In this document: positions 1 to 9,757 of the stretch, piece after piece
Layout: each line of letters starts with the position of its first letter
Position numbering within the stretch: position 1 is the stretch's first letter
NCBI GenBank assembly: GCA_037380845.1
Contig: JARRRI010000003.1
Coordinates: 1-64,000 of the forward strand
Reading direction: 5' to 3'
Origin: Candidatus Sulfobium sp.
Lineage (GTDB): Bacteria; Nitrospirota; Thermodesulfovibrionia; Thermodesulfovibrionales; UBA6898
DNA length: 64,000 nucleotides
The notes under the pieces: model-generated
Told to the model about the DNA's origin: nothing
Seen by the model: only the letters and a program-made list of their open reading frames with translations
Databases searched by the model: none
Position numbers and translations under genes: made by a program

Positions 1-1202
1 GCAATCCCCTCTTCATAAAGAAGGCGAAAGGTTCCAGGATTTACGATGTTGACGGCAATTCCTATATAGACTACGTCCTTTCGTGGGGCCCCATGATACT
101 GGGCCACGCGCATCCCAGGGTGGTAAAGGCGCTCAAGAAGGCGGTAGAAAACGGTACGAGCTACGGCGCCCCGACTTCCCTTGAGGTGGAACTTGCCCGC
201 CTGGTGCTGCAACTGTACCCCTCCATGGATAAGGTGCGGATGGTGAACTCCGGAACCGAGGCGACGATGAGCGCCATCAGAGTTGCCAGAGGCTTCACGG
301 GAAGGGATAAGATAATCAAATTCGAGGGCTGCTATCACGGCCATGCGGACGGCCTGCTGGTCAAGGCCGGATCCGGGGCCACTACGTTCGGCGTCCCGGA
401 CAGTCCGGGTGTGCCGAAATCCTTTGCGAGGAACACGATCACCCTGCCCTTCAACGACGCCAAGGCCGTCAAAAGGACAATAGAGAAGGAGGGCCGTTCC
501 ATTGCCTGCGTGATCCTTGAGCCGGTTGTAGGCAACATCGGCTGCGTTCTGCCGAAACCGGGATTCCTCGAGACTCTGCGAAAACTGACCCGAAAAAACG
601 GTATCGTCCTCATTTTCGATGAGGTGATGACGGGTTTCCGGGTTTCGCTGGGCGGGGCCCAGGAGCGTTACGGGATAAACCCTGACATGACGTGTCTCGG
701 AAAGGTCATCGGTGGAGGACTCCCTGTAGGAGCATACGGGGGAAAGGAAGAGATAATGTCGCTTGTTTCTCCCGACGGCCCTGTCTATCAGGCGGGGACG
801 CTTTCGGGCAATCCGCTGGCGATGACCGCCGGCATCGAAACAATAAAGGAGCTTTCGAGGAAAGGGGCGTACGAACGCCTGGAGGAGAAGGCCTCACTGC
901 TTGAAGACGGACTCGCTGACGCTGCCGCACGTGTAGGCGTGAGCGTCCGGTTCTACAGGGCTGGCAGCATGTTCTGCACGTACTTTACCGACCGTGAGGT
1001 CTATGATTATACGACTGCAAAGACAGCGGATACAGCGAAGTTTTCGATTTTTTTCTCGGCCATGATCGAGAGAGGCGTGAACCTGGCCCCCTCGCAGTTC
1101 GAGGCCGGCTTCATGTCCCTCGCGCATAGCGAGAGGGACATAGAAAGCACGATAAAGGCGGCGTACGAAGCGCTGAAAGATATCCAGATGAAGGGGAGGT
1201 AG
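1..1202 (+). CDS. hemL: Glutamate-1-semialdehyde 2,1-aminomutase (5' end outside window)
   Basis: Frame is open from base 3 ([35 protein letters not shown]); motifs [32 protein letters not shown] (PLP Lys), GTLSGNP. Confidence 0.97.
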   Translation, partial: NPLFIKKAKGSRIYDVDGNSYIDYVLSWGPMILGHAHPRVVKALKKAVENGTSYGAPTSLEVELARLVLQLYPSMDKVRMVNSGTEATMSAIRVARGFTGRDKIIKFEGCYHGHADGLLVKAGSGATTFGVPDSPGVPKSFARNTITLPFNDAKAVKRTIEKEGRSIACVILEPVVGNIGCVLPKPGFLETLRKLTRKNGIVLIFDEVMTGFRVSLGGAQERYGINPDMTCLGKVIGGGLPVGAYGGKEEIMSLVSPDGPVYQAGTLSGNPLAMTAGIETIKELSRKGAYERLEEKASLLEDGLADAAARVGVSVRFYRAGSMFCTYFTDREVYDYTTAKTADTAKFSIFFSAMIERGVNLAPSQFEAGFMSLAHSERDIESTIKAAYEALKDIQMKGR

Positions 1203-1208
1203 CATAGC

Positions 1209-2186
1209 ATGTTTAATCCGTTTAGTTGGTTGAAGGCCGGCTTGTCCCTGAAGGGCAAAATCATTATCGCCGTCCTCTTGCTAGTCATAGTAGCCGGCGG
1301 AGGCGTCGTCGCCTTCAAATTCTACGACTTCACACAGAACAATCCCAAGTTCTGCGTGAGCTGTCACCTCATGCAATCGGCTTACAATGCCTGGTCGAAG
1401 AGCGTGCATAAGAACCTCAACTGTCATGATTGCCATCATCTGACCATACCGGAGCAGAACAGGCTGTTGATCAACTTCGTGGTCAACAGGCCAAAATCGG
1501 TCCCGGACAGACATGGAAAGGTCATCGTCAACTTCGAAGTATGCATAAAGTGCCATTGGAAAATAGACCCTAAATTCAAGAACGCAAAACAGATCAACAG
1601 GTCCACGATGCATGCCAGGCACGTCTTCAGGGAAAAAATCGAGTGCGTGAAGTGTCACGGATATATAACGCACAAGTTCAATACCGAGGCCAGATTCTGC
1701 GTCAAGTGCCATAAGGGAAAGACAGTCCACGGCGCGGGCATGGAAGGCCTTGCGTGCCTCAACTGCCATACCGACAGGACACCGACTCTCATACCGGGGA
1801 GAAAGAAATGTCTGTTCTGTCACGGCAGCGAGAAGGTAAGGAAGGAATTGATCGCCGACAGCACAATGGACGTAAGGCATTTCATGCCCAGCAAGAAGAT
1901 CATCAACAAGGCCATAAAGATAGAGGTCCCCAAAGACGCCCCAATGCAGTTCTACTGCTTCGACTGCCACAAGCCGCATAAGAACGCGCGGGCAGACTGG
2001 GGCAATTGCCTGTCATGCCATTCCAATATCCTCGACGTCGGACAACACAAACGGCATGTTCAGGATATGGGCCTGCAGTGCAAGCAGTGCCACAGGCCGC
2101 ATGTGTGGAGAGTCACCAAGCAGGAGGCGAAAAAGGTCTGCGTCACCTGTCATGAGTACCGGGACCCGAAGAGGTTCCTCCAGTAG
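1209..2186 (+). CDS. Membrane-anchored multiheme cytochrome c (11 CxxCH), NapC/NirT-like N-terminus
   Basis: N-terminal hydrophobic helix, then CVSCH, CHDCH, CIKCH, CVKCH, CVKCH, CLNCH, CLFCH, CFDCH, CLSCH, CKQCH, CVTCH; GGAGG RBS upstream. Confidence 0.93.
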   Translation: MFNPFSWLKAGLSLKGKIIIAVLLLVIVAGGGVVAFKFYDFTQNNPKFCVSCHLMQSAYNAWSKSVHKNLNCHDCHHLTIPEQNRLLINFVVNRPKSVPDRHGKVIVNFEVCIKCHWKIDPKFKNAKQINRSTMHARHVFREKIECVKCHGYITHKFNTEARFCVKCHKGKTVHGAGMEGLACLNCHTDRTPTLIPGRKKCLFCHGSEKVRKELIADSTMDVRHFMPSKKIINKAIKIEVPKDAPMQFYCFDCHKPHKNARADWGNCLSCHSNILDVGQHKRHVQDMGLQCKQCHRPHVWRVTKQEAKKVCVTCHEYRDPKRFLQ

Positions 2187-2634
2187 GTGGGTAGTTGTCG
2201 GACTTGTTGTAATAGTTCTCATCATCCGGGCCTTCTATGTGCCCTCCGATTTCGGAGTGGGGCAAAGGGGCTACATGTACGGATGGCACCGGGCTGGAGA
2301 CGCCGGTTTCTGGAAAAACTTTCCGGTGAGTTACAAATTCCAGAATGACTATTGCAGCAGCTGTCACCCCGAGAACTACAACAGCATCATGAAGTCCCCC
2401 CACGCCATCATCCACTGTGAAAACTGTCACGGCCCGGTCCTGAACCACCCCTCTGATCCTCCCAAGCTGAAGGTCGACAAGAGGAGGGCATTGTGTCTCC
2501 GGTGCCACTATCCCCTGCCATATCCCACCAGCGGAAGGGCTAACATCCCGGGCATAGACCCGGTCAAGCACTATCCGGACAACGAATGCGTTACCTGCCA
2601 TAACCCGCATAATCCACTGGAGGGCCTGAAATGA
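2152..2634 (+). CDS. Tetraheme cytochrome c subunit of a quinol oxidoreductase (start uncertain)
   Basis: Hydrophobic WVVVGLVVIVLIIR, then CSSCH, CENCH, CLRCH, CVTCH; ATGA overlap with next gene; nearest in-frame ATG (2152) lies inside the upstream gene. Confidence 0.85.
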   Translation: MSTGTRRGSSSRWVVVGLVVIVLIIRAFYVPSDFGVGQRGYMYGWHRAGDAGFWKNFPVSYKFQNDYCSSCHPENYNSIMKSPHAIIHCENCHGPVLNHPSDPPKLKVDKRRALCLRCHYPLPYPTSGRANIPGIDPVKHYPDNECVTCHNPHNPLEGLK

Positions 2635-3413
2635 TAAGTAGAAGAAAGTTTCTGAAAAATACAGTGAAGGGAATCGCCGGAGTGGCCCTCCCTGTTGCTG
2701 CAATTGAATTCATAGACCCCAAGAAGATCTTTGCAGAAAAACCGGATGCAAAGACCAGATGGGTGTTCGTGGTAAATACATATAAGTGCGTCGGCTGCGG
2801 ATTCTGTGTGAAGGCGTGCAAGATAGAAAATAAGGTGCCTTACGACGCCAAAGTGACCAGGACCTGGGTGGAAAGATACGTGATGTTGAAGGACGGACAG
2901 GTCTTCGCCGATTCGCCTATGGGTGCCCGGGACGGTTATACGACCAGCAAGATCGCACTGGGAGAAAACAGGTTCAAGGACATCAAGCCCGAAGACATCG
3001 ACAAGGCCTTCTTCGTGCCGAAGCTCTGCAACCAGTGCGACAACCCGCCCTGCGTGCAGGTGTGCCCGGTCGGTGCGACCTTCCAGCTGCCTGACGGGGT
3101 GGTCCTTGTCGACAGGACATGGTGCATCGGCTGCGGTTATTGCATAATGGCCTGTCCGTACGGTGTGAGGTTCTTCCATCCTGTCTACCACACGGCCGAA
3201 AAATGCACCTTCTGTTATCACAGGATTACGAAGGGCATGAAGACGGCATGCGTGGACGCCTGCCCCTTCGGGGCCCGCATGATCGGTAACATTAAAGATC
3301 CCAACGACCCGGTGACAAAAATAATTATGACGGAGCGGGTCGCGATACTGAAGGAAGAATACGGGACCAAACCGCAGGTGTATTACATAGGTCTCGACAG
3401 GGAGGTGAAATAA
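2631..3413 (+). CDS. Tat-exported 4x[4Fe-4S] protein, NrfC/DsrO family
   Basis: SRRKFLK twin-arginine motif; CVGCGFCVKAC, CNQCDNPPCVQVCP, CIGCGYCIMACP, CTFC...CVDACP. Confidence 0.93.
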   Translation: MISRRKFLKNTVKGIAGVALPVAAIEFIDPKKIFAEKPDAKTRWVFVVNTYKCVGCGFCVKACKIENKVPYDAKVTRTWVERYVMLKDGQVFADSPMGARDGYTTSKIALGENRFKDIKPEDIDKAFFVPKLCNQCDNPPCVQVCPVGATFQLPDGVVLVDRTWCIGCGYCIMACPYGVRFFHPVYHTAEKCTFCYHRITKGMKTACVDACPFGARMIGNIKDPNDPVTKIIMTERVAILKEEYGTKPQVYYIGLDREVK

Positions 3414-4672
3414 TGCCGGTACATGGTGAAATCTGGACAATAAAGCAACTCTTCGTATATCCCAACGAGTATATATATTGGGGCATTCAGATAGTGATGT
3501 ATCCGCTTATGACCGGCCTCGTCGCAGGGGCCTTTGTTCTTTCTTCTTTGTACCACGTCTTCGGCGTGAAAAAGCTGAAGGACATCGCGCGGTTCTCGCT
3601 GGTCTTTTCCTTCGCCCTCCTCTTCATAGCTCCGGTACCTCTCCTGCTCCATCTGGAGCAGCCCTTCCGGGGTATAAATGTCTTTATGACCCCCCATTTT
3701 ACCTCTGCCATCGCAGCCTTCGGAATCGTATTTTCAGCCTACGGCGCTATCGTCGCCTCAGAGTTATGGTTCATCTACCGGAAATTCTTCGCCGACACCG
3801 CCCTGCCCCTTAAGGAAAAACCCGACAAAAGCCTCGGAGAATGGCTCAAGTTCCTGGTTTTCTGCACCCTGACGCTCGGATCATACGACGTGAGCGAAGA
3901 GTCACTGAAAAGGGACGAAAAGGCGATCAAGATACTCTCGGGCATCGGCATACCGGTGGCGTGCTTCCTCCACGGCTATGCCGGTTTTATTTTCGGCTCA
4001 GTGAAGGCCAATGCACTCTGGATGACGCCTCTCATGCCGGTCATCTTTATCATGTCTGCGATAGTATCAGGCATCGCGCTGTGCATATTGACTTACGTCG
4101 TCGTGATGGAGTTGAGGAAGCGCCTGGCAGCGTCCAGGAAGCCCTCCCCCAGAGGCGTCTCCCACACCCCCGAGGAAATAAAGGGAGTGGAGATGAGCGT
4201 TATAAAGATGACCACCACGTACCTTCTGTATTTTCTCGTCTTCGCCATCAGCCTTGAACTCCTGGACCAGGTTTTCAGGGGCTACACCGCGGTTAAATCC
4301 TGGGACGTGCTCCGGAGCATCATTTACGGCAGAGATTTTACCAGTATCTTCATACTTCAGTACGGGATCGGCAACTTCCTGCCGCTTGTCCTTCTTCTCA
4401 TGCCGGGGCTGAGCCTGAAACGTACAGTGGTCGCCACGGTCCTTGTGCTATTCGGGGTATTCATGATGAGGTACAACGTCGTCATAGGAGGCCAGGCGTT
4501 CTCCCTCAGCTTTGCGGGTTACATGGAGTACAATATCCCTGTCATACCTCACGACTGGAACACCTTTAAGGAAGGTGTTTTCGGGGCTATCGCCGTAGCG
4601 GTCGCGCCATTTCCGCTCTTCTGGTTGTTTAACAAGATCTTCCCGGTGTTCGATATCGAGGAGTCCCACTGA
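3413..4672 (+). CDS. NrfD/PsrC/DsrP-family quinol-interacting membrane subunit
   Basis: WGIQIVMYP, HLEQPFR, HGYAGFIF and RYNVVIGGQ motifs; many TM helices; TAATG coupling to the NrfC-like gene. Confidence 0.92.
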   Translation: MPVHGEIWTIKQLFVYPNEYIYWGIQIVMYPLMTGLVAGAFVLSSLYHVFGVKKLKDIARFSLVFSFALLFIAPVPLLLHLEQPFRGINVFMTPHFTSAIAAFGIVFSAYGAIVASELWFIYRKFFADTALPLKEKPDKSLGEWLKFLVFCTLTLGSYDVSEESLKRDEKAIKILSGIGIPVACFLHGYAGFIFGSVKANALWMTPLMPVIFIMSAIVSGIALCILTYVVVMELRKRLAASRKPSPRGVSHTPEEIKGVEMSVIKMTTTYLLYFLVFAISLELLDQVFRGYTAVKSWDVLRSIIYGRDFTSIFILQYGIGNFLPLVLLLMPGLSLKRTVVATVLVLFGVFMMRYNVVIGGQAFSLSFAGYMEYNIPVIPHDWNTFKEGVFGAIAVAVAPFPLFWLFNKIFPVFDIEESH

Positions 4673-4703
4673 TAGCGGTTGTGCGAACGCACTGATGCCG
4701 GAC

Positions 4704-4747
4704 TTATGCCGGGGACTGATTCAGACAAGAGTCAGACCCCGGCGTAA
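4704..4747 (+). terminator. Long stem-loop after the cytochrome operon
   Basis: TTATGCCGGGGACTGATTC / GAGTCAGACCCCGGCGTAA inverted repeat; no clear U-tract. Confidence 0.45.
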
Positions 4748-4973
4748 CCTTCGAGCCGGAGCACATGGTTCTTTTGTAATTTCCGCCGCAAATGTAATAA
4801 GATTTCTGTATGCTGTTTGATGACGGACCGGCAGAAAGACAGGACACATACATGCTTCCCGCCGGCAGTATCCGGAAGATGACAGCCCGGAGATCACGGG
4901 AATTTTTTCTTCAGAACAAATACGACGGTTCAGACAGTCAATAACCGGATTCAAGTAAGGGAGCACTTTTCTT

Positions 4974-5240
4974 TTGGCGGGAAAAAAGGACAAACCCCTC
5001 TTCAGGCATTTCCTTGAGGCCAGTTCGGTAGGCCTCAACCTGGTCTTTTCGACCTTTATAGGACTTGCCATCGGTTACGGGCTGGACAGACTCTTCCATA
5101 CGGAGCCATGGCTTGTCATAATCTTCACTATCATCGGCATAGTAGCAGGGTTCAGGGAACTTGTAAAAATGGCAAAGAAGGCAGAAGAGGAAGAAGAGGA
5201 ACCTGAAAACAACAATGGAACTGATAAGAAAGATTTATAA
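4974..5240 (+). CDS. atpZ: AtpZ/AtpI-family ATP synthase accessory protein
   Basis: TTG start after AGGGAG; SSVGLNLV...IGYGLDRLFHTEPWL...GIVAGFREL signature. Confidence 0.85.
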   Translation: MAGKKDKPLFRHFLEASSVGLNLVFSTFIGLAIGYGLDRLFHTEPWLVIIFTIIGIVAGFRELVKMAKKAEEEEEEPENNNGTDKKDL

Positions 5241-5607
5241 GAAAGCGGTCATTATCCTGATTCCGCTCGCTGCACTGTCGTCCCTCGTGGAGCCGAAGAA
5301 ACTCCCGGCGGGCATAATAGTGGGCGGAATACTCGCCCTGCTTAACATCAAGGGGCTGGCCTGGGGGGTGGAAGGGCTTATCGGCTCTGAAAGGGCGACC
5401 GGCAAGATACTTTTCCTGAGCCAGTTCCGCCTTGTCATGCTCTTCCTGGTTATCACCGTCCTCGTATACCTGAAGGTCGTTAATGTCTTCGGTGTGCTTG
5501 CGGGTTTGACTGTCGTTTTTGCCCTGGTACTCATAGAGGGCTACAGGCACTCCAGGAGAGAACAGATCAGAGAAGATTGCACCGGCGGACAGGAAGGCAG
5601 GCCTTAA
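5215..5607 (+). CDS. atpI: ATP synthase subunit I-like membrane protein
   Basis: Four TM segments, GGILALLN motif, overlaps atpZ. Confidence 0.75.
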   Translation: MELIRKIYKKAVIILIPLAALSSLVEPKKLPAGIIVGGILALLNIKGLAWGVEGLIGSERATGKILFLSQFRLVMLFLVITVLVYLKVVNVFGVLAGLTVVFALVLIEGYRHSRREQIREDCTGGQEGRP

Positions 5608-5648
5608 AAAATCCGTCGGAATTTCCGGCAGTGAAGGCATGAAGGAGA

Positions 5649-6719
5649 ATGGCCACAGGCAAACCGTCATATAAAAAAGAAGTCGTACTGAAACTCGAAA
5701 ACCTTAGAGAGGTGTGCAAAGGGGCGAAGAATGTTGGGGTGGTAATATACGCCAACCCGGACCCTGACGCGCTCGCCAGTGCACTGGCCCTGAAGAAGAT
5801 ACTTGAGACAGAAGACCGCACGGTTACCATAGGGTACACCGGGGCCATCGGAAGGCCTGAAAACGCTTCCATGATAAGGCAGCTCAGGATACCGGCCGTA
5901 CCGGTGAACGAGGAGGAAGCTGCCAGGTCCGACATTATAGCGCTGGTTGACTCGCAACCCCAGTTCTTCGCCGATTTTCACCTCCCTCGCTGCGATATAG
6001 TGATCGACCACCATCCGGTTCCCGATCAGATAGAGGCCGGGTTTACCGACATACGGCCCAATTACCTTTCCACGTCGTCCATCATGACCGAATATCTCAG
6101 GGCGGCCGGAGTGCGCCCTGCCAGGAACCTCGCCAGCGCCCTCTTTTATGGAATCCGGACGGATTCGCGACACTTCATGGACGACCTGAGCAGAGGGGAT
6201 ATAGAAGCCATGGTGTGGCTGAGGCGCAAGGCGGACAGGAATATTGTCGAGAAAATAGAGTTTTCGCAGTTCTCACCGCAGGGACTGGACTACTTTACCA
6301 TCGCACTCGTCAGGAGGCTTTTGATGAGAGAAGTCATGTTCTCACACCTGGGGCCGGTCCCGTTCTTCGACGTCTGCGTGCAGGTGGCGGATTTCTTTAT
6401 TCGTGTCGAAAATGTGTCCTGGGCCCTGGTCAGCGGTGTGGTCGGCGATACCCTGGTGATAGTATTCCGAAACGACGGCTTAAACAAGGACGCGGGTTTC
6501 CTGGCCCGTACGGCCTTCGGAGAAGCGGGCAGCGCCGGCGGCCACAAGTCCATGGGCCGCGCCCAGGTAAAGCAGGAAGCCCTGCCGAAGGGTCTCCTTC
6601 TGACCGATAACAGGGGGGTCGAAGAGTATGTTCTGAGTTCATTGGCTAAGGTCAATTCCGCATTCCGCCCCGTCCTCAAATCTTTAAAGGCTCGCGGGCA
6701 ATATTCCACCGGCAAATGA
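5649..6719 (+). CDS. DHH/DHHA1-family phosphoesterase (NrnA-like)
   Basis: NPDPDA, VD, IDHH, GIRTDS and AGGH motifs; AAGGAG RBS. Confidence 0.88.
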   Translation: MATGKPSYKKEVVLKLENLREVCKGAKNVGVVIYANPDPDALASALALKKILETEDRTVTIGYTGAIGRPENASMIRQLRIPAVPVNEEEAARSDIIALVDSQPQFFADFHLPRCDIVIDHHPVPDQIEAGFTDIRPNYLSTSSIMTEYLRAAGVRPARNLASALFYGIRTDSRHFMDDLSRGDIEAMVWLRRKADRNIVEKIEFSQFSPQGLDYFTIALVRRLLMREVMFSHLGPVPFFDVCVQVADFFIRVENVSWALVSGVVGDTLVIVFRNDGLNKDAGFLARTAFGEAGSAGGHKSMGRAQVKQEALPKGLLLTDNRGVEEYVLSSLAKVNSAFRPVLKSLKARGQYSTGK

Positions 6720-6725
6720 ACTTTG

Positions 6726-6747
6726 CTGCAGCAGGCTGCGAGGTATC
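6726..6747. repeat. REP-like palindrome, copy 1
   Basis: CTGCAGCAGGCTGCGAGGTATC, 20/22 identical to 11185..11206. Confidence 0.65.
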
Positions 6748-6813
6748 CTGAATCTTCCCGTGGCACATCGGGCTCCCCTGTTGCACTGCCTACAGAAGAC
6801 ATTTTCAAAGATT

Positions 6814-6875
6814 TTTCGTATCGATTTCTTATTTGAGGCAACGATTCACTTTCGTATCGTTTTTCAGTGAGGCAA
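6814..6875. promoter_or_regulatory. Tandem direct repeat, candidate operator
   Basis: TTTCGTATCG-N10-TGAGGCAA followed by TTTCGTATCG-N8-TGAGGCAA. Confidence 0.45.
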
Positions 6876-6993
6876 TTCGGCTCCTTGCAATTTCCTTCGC
6901 ATGTGAGACAATAGAATTAATCTTGCAGACTTGATTGAGGGGGCCGCTGAGAGACATTTGCAGACTCATCTCTGATGTGAGCCGTTCCGCTCG

Positions 6994-7497
6994 ATGAAAA
7001 AGAATGTTACTATCGTCCTGTCGCTTGCTTATTTATGTTCACTGATAACGGCCTGCGCCTCTCAGGAAGTAAGCGCCGTGGTTGTATTGCCGTCGTACAA
7101 TGCATTTGAGGTCAGACAGGTGTCAAATGAAACGGGCAAGGCGCTCGATTTCGACGTGGCTGCGGAGCTGACGAAGAAAATAATATCAAGATTAAGGCAG
7201 GAAGGGTTTAATGTCGCCGGCACACCCGGAGACGCACTTGTTATAAGCAGCAGCCTTATATCATACGATACGAGGCAGACAGGTGCCGCTACTTGCACTG
7301 TTAAGAGCACGTTGATCGACCTGAAAACAGAAAAGGTCCTGGGCGAAATCGTCACCACCAGCACGGTATCCGCCGGGGGTTTGTCTCAGGCGGGAATTGA
7401 GATCGACCAGGCCGTTCTGGAAATGGCGGCTGACGACATAGTGACGCAGATTGAAAGAAGGTTGAGAACGAATAGACAGACACTGGAAACAAAATGA
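6994..7497 (+). CDS. Putative lipoprotein (DUF4410-like)
   Basis: Signal peptide with ITAC lipobox. Confidence 0.65.
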   Translation: MKKNVTIVLSLAYLCSLITACASQEVSAVVVLPSYNAFEVRQVSNETGKALDFDVAAELTKKIISRLRQEGFNVAGTPGDALVISSSLISYDTRQTGAATCTVKSTLIDLKTEKVLGEIVTTSTVSAGGLSQAGIEIDQAVLEMAADDIVTQIERRLRTNRQTLETK

Positions 7498-7874
7498 AGG
7501 AATTTAATGCGGGAAATCAGGAAATGAGACAGGGGATAAACCCGTATATAAGAACAGCCGCTCTTCTGCTGATTATCGGCATCGGCGGGGCAGGCTGCAC
7601 CTCATTGTTCGCTACCCCCATAAAGAAAATCCTTGACAATCCCCGGGATTACAGCGGCAAGGCCGTCACAATCGCGGGAGAAGTTACAGAGGCTGTGGGG
7701 CTCGTCTTCGTTCAATATTTTGTCCTGAAGGACAATACCGGCGAAATAACCGTGGTCACTACAAAGCCTTTACCCCGGAAGGGCTCGAGGATTACCGTGA
7801 AAGGAAAAGTCCGACAGGCCTTTTCAATCGGCGACGACCAGCTGATCGTAGTTGTGGAGCATGACGATAGATAA
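7494..7874 (+). CDS. Putative OB-fold lipoprotein
   Basis: Hydrophobic segment with AGC; TPIKKILDNPRDY.GK.VTI.GEV and LKDNTGEI.V OB-fold pattern; ATGA overlap. Confidence 0.7.
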   Translation: MKEFNAGNQEMRQGINPYIRTAALLLIIGIGGAGCTSLFATPIKKILDNPRDYSGKAVTIAGEVTEAVGLVFVQYFVLKDNTGEITVVTTKPLPRKGSRITVKGKVRQAFSIGDDQLIVVVEHDDR

Positions 7875-7891
7875 TCTCCGCCCGCACCTCT

Positions 7892-9757
7892 TCAGCCCGA
7901 AATGATTTCTTTTATCTTCTGCATGATCGCGGTCTTCGAGATGTCTTCGAAGTTCAGGAGTTCTCCCGGCTCTCCGCTCTTTGGCGTCTTGGTCACCGAG
8001 AGGGAATGTACCGGTGCAGGACAGGAGATGAGTGCGCTCCTCACCGCCTCCGCTATCCCGCCTTCCGCATAGTGGTCCTCGACTGCCAGCAGCACCTTTG
8101 TCTCACGCGCAGCCAGGTCCAGCGTCACCTCATCGACCGGTTTGACGCTGTAAAGATCGATAACCCGTATCGAAATGCCTTCCCCCTGGAGATCCTCATA
8201 CGCCGCGAGCGCCTCGTGCAGGGTCACCCCGGCCGCCACTACGGTAGCCGCGTCGTTGTCCGATCTCCGGAGGACCTTGCTGCCGCCTATGGGAAATTCC
8301 TCGGAAGACTCGTAGATGACCGGGGTACCCATTCTCGTCGTCCTCATGTACGCCATTCCGGGGTAGGATGCCATTTCTTCCACAAGCCTCTCAGCCGACA
8401 CCGCATCGCACGGATAAAGGACCACACTCCTCAAGATCGACCTGAACATGGCGATGTCCTCAAGGCCCATCTGGGAAGGGCCGTCCTGGCCGATCGACAC
8501 CCCGGCGTGTGAACCGCAGAATTTGATGTTGGCGTTCGAATACTGGCACATCCTTATCTGGTCATGGGCCCTGGTAAGGAACGCGGCAAAGCTTGATACG
8601 AAGGGCAGTTTGCCCCTGGTGGAAAAACCGAGGGCGGTTCCGACCATATTCTGCTCGGCGATGAACATCTCGAAAAAGCGTTCCGGATGCGCCTCTCTAA
8701 AATACTCCGCCCTCGTTGAGTTGCTGACTTCTGCGTCAAGCACCACCATTCCGGGGAACCCGGGAAATATCCTCTTCAGGGCATTTCCATAGGCGTTCCT
8801 GGTAGGCACCTTTTTGCCTTTTTCATACGAAATGCCGCCTTTGACTGCCGATGGCTCTCTCTTTTCAGGACTGAGATCTTCCGGCTTCCGTATACTGCCC
8901 CTGACGGACGTGTCCACTTCTCCCATTTCCTCGAGTGTCTTTTTCATCTGCTCTTCGTCAAGCGCTTTCCCATGCCAACCGTTCTTGTCCTCCACTACTG
9001 GAGCCCCTTTCCCCTTAACCGTCCTGGCTATGATCATGAGCGGCCTGCCGGCGCCCTGCCCCGCCTTCCCGAAGGCGGGCAGTATGTCCTCGAAATTGTG
9101 GCCGTCGACCGCCACCGTATCCCAGCCGAAGCTGTTCACCCTCCTCACATAGGCCTCGATGTCATGACCGTACATGGTCTCGCCGCGCTGGCCCAGTCTG
9201 TTGACGTCCATTATTCCGATGAGATTGTCCAGTTTATAATGCGCTGCTATCTGGATGGATTCCCACTGCGAGCCCTCGGCCATTTCACTGTCACCCAGAA
9301 GAACATACGTCCGGTAAGGAAGCCGGTCGATGAACCTCGCGTTCATCGCCATACCAACCCCGATGGAAAGGCCCTGTCCAAGCGACCCGGTAGCGGCATC
9401 CACGAACGGAAAAACGGTGGTGGGATGGCCTTCAAGGGGGCTGCCGAATTGTCTGTAGGTGAGCATCTCCCGGCCGCTCAGTTTTCCGGCGGCTGCCCAT
9501 ACGGCGTAAAGGAGGGGCGAGGCATGGCCTTTGGAAAAAATAAGCCGGTCATTATTCGGATGATCGGGGTTGTTCGCATCATACCGGAAGGTCCCCCCGA
9601 ACATAAGGCCGGTAACAAGGTCCGTGGCCGACAGCGCAGACGTAGGATGACCGGACCCGGCCTCGGCAGTGGAAACGAGAATGTAGTAACGGACCAGCTT
9701 CGCCAGTTTCGTCAGCTCCTCGACTTTCGAACCTTTTCCGACTGTTTCATAAGCCAT
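7892..9757 (-). CDS. tkt: Transketolase
   Basis: SGHPTS, SKGHA, EGHP, TGSLGQG, GDSE...EG (TPP motif), IAEQNM, GQDGPSQM. Confidence 0.96.
   Translation of the reverse strand: MAYETVGKGSKVEELTKLAKLVRYYILVSTAEAGSGHPTSALSATDLVTGLMFGGTFRYDANNPDHPNNDRLIFSKGHASPLLYAVWAAAGKLSGREMLTYRQFGSPLEGHPTTVFPFVDAATGSLGQGLSIGVGMAMNARFIDRLPYRTYVLLGDSEMAEGSQWESIQIAAHYKLDNLIGIMDVNRLGQRGETMYGHDIEAYVRRVNSFGWDTVAVDGHNFEDILPAFGKAGQGAGRPLMIIARTVKGKGAPVVEDKNGWHGKALDEEQMKKTLEEMGEVDTSVRGSIRKPEDLSPEKREPSAVKGGISYEKGKKVPTRNAYGNALKRIFPGFPGMVVLDAEVSNSTRAEYFREAHPERFFEMFIAEQNMVGTALGFSTRGKLPFVSSFAAFLTRAHDQIRMCQYSNANIKFCGSHAGVSIGQDGPSQMGLEDIAMFRSILRSVVLYPCDAVSAERLVEEMASYPGMAYMRTTRMGTPVIYESSEEFPIGGSKVLRRSDNDAATVVAAGVTLHEALAAYEDLQGEGISIRVIDLYSVKPVDEVTLDLAARETKVLLAVEDHYAEGGIAEAVRSALISCPAPVHSLSVTKTPKSGEPGELLNFEDISKTAIMQKIKEIISG

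Noticed and set aside
2160..2200. Programmed frameshift giving a single 15-heme protein
   Set aside because: No slippery site, and the internal TM helix would put the last four hemes in the cytoplasm
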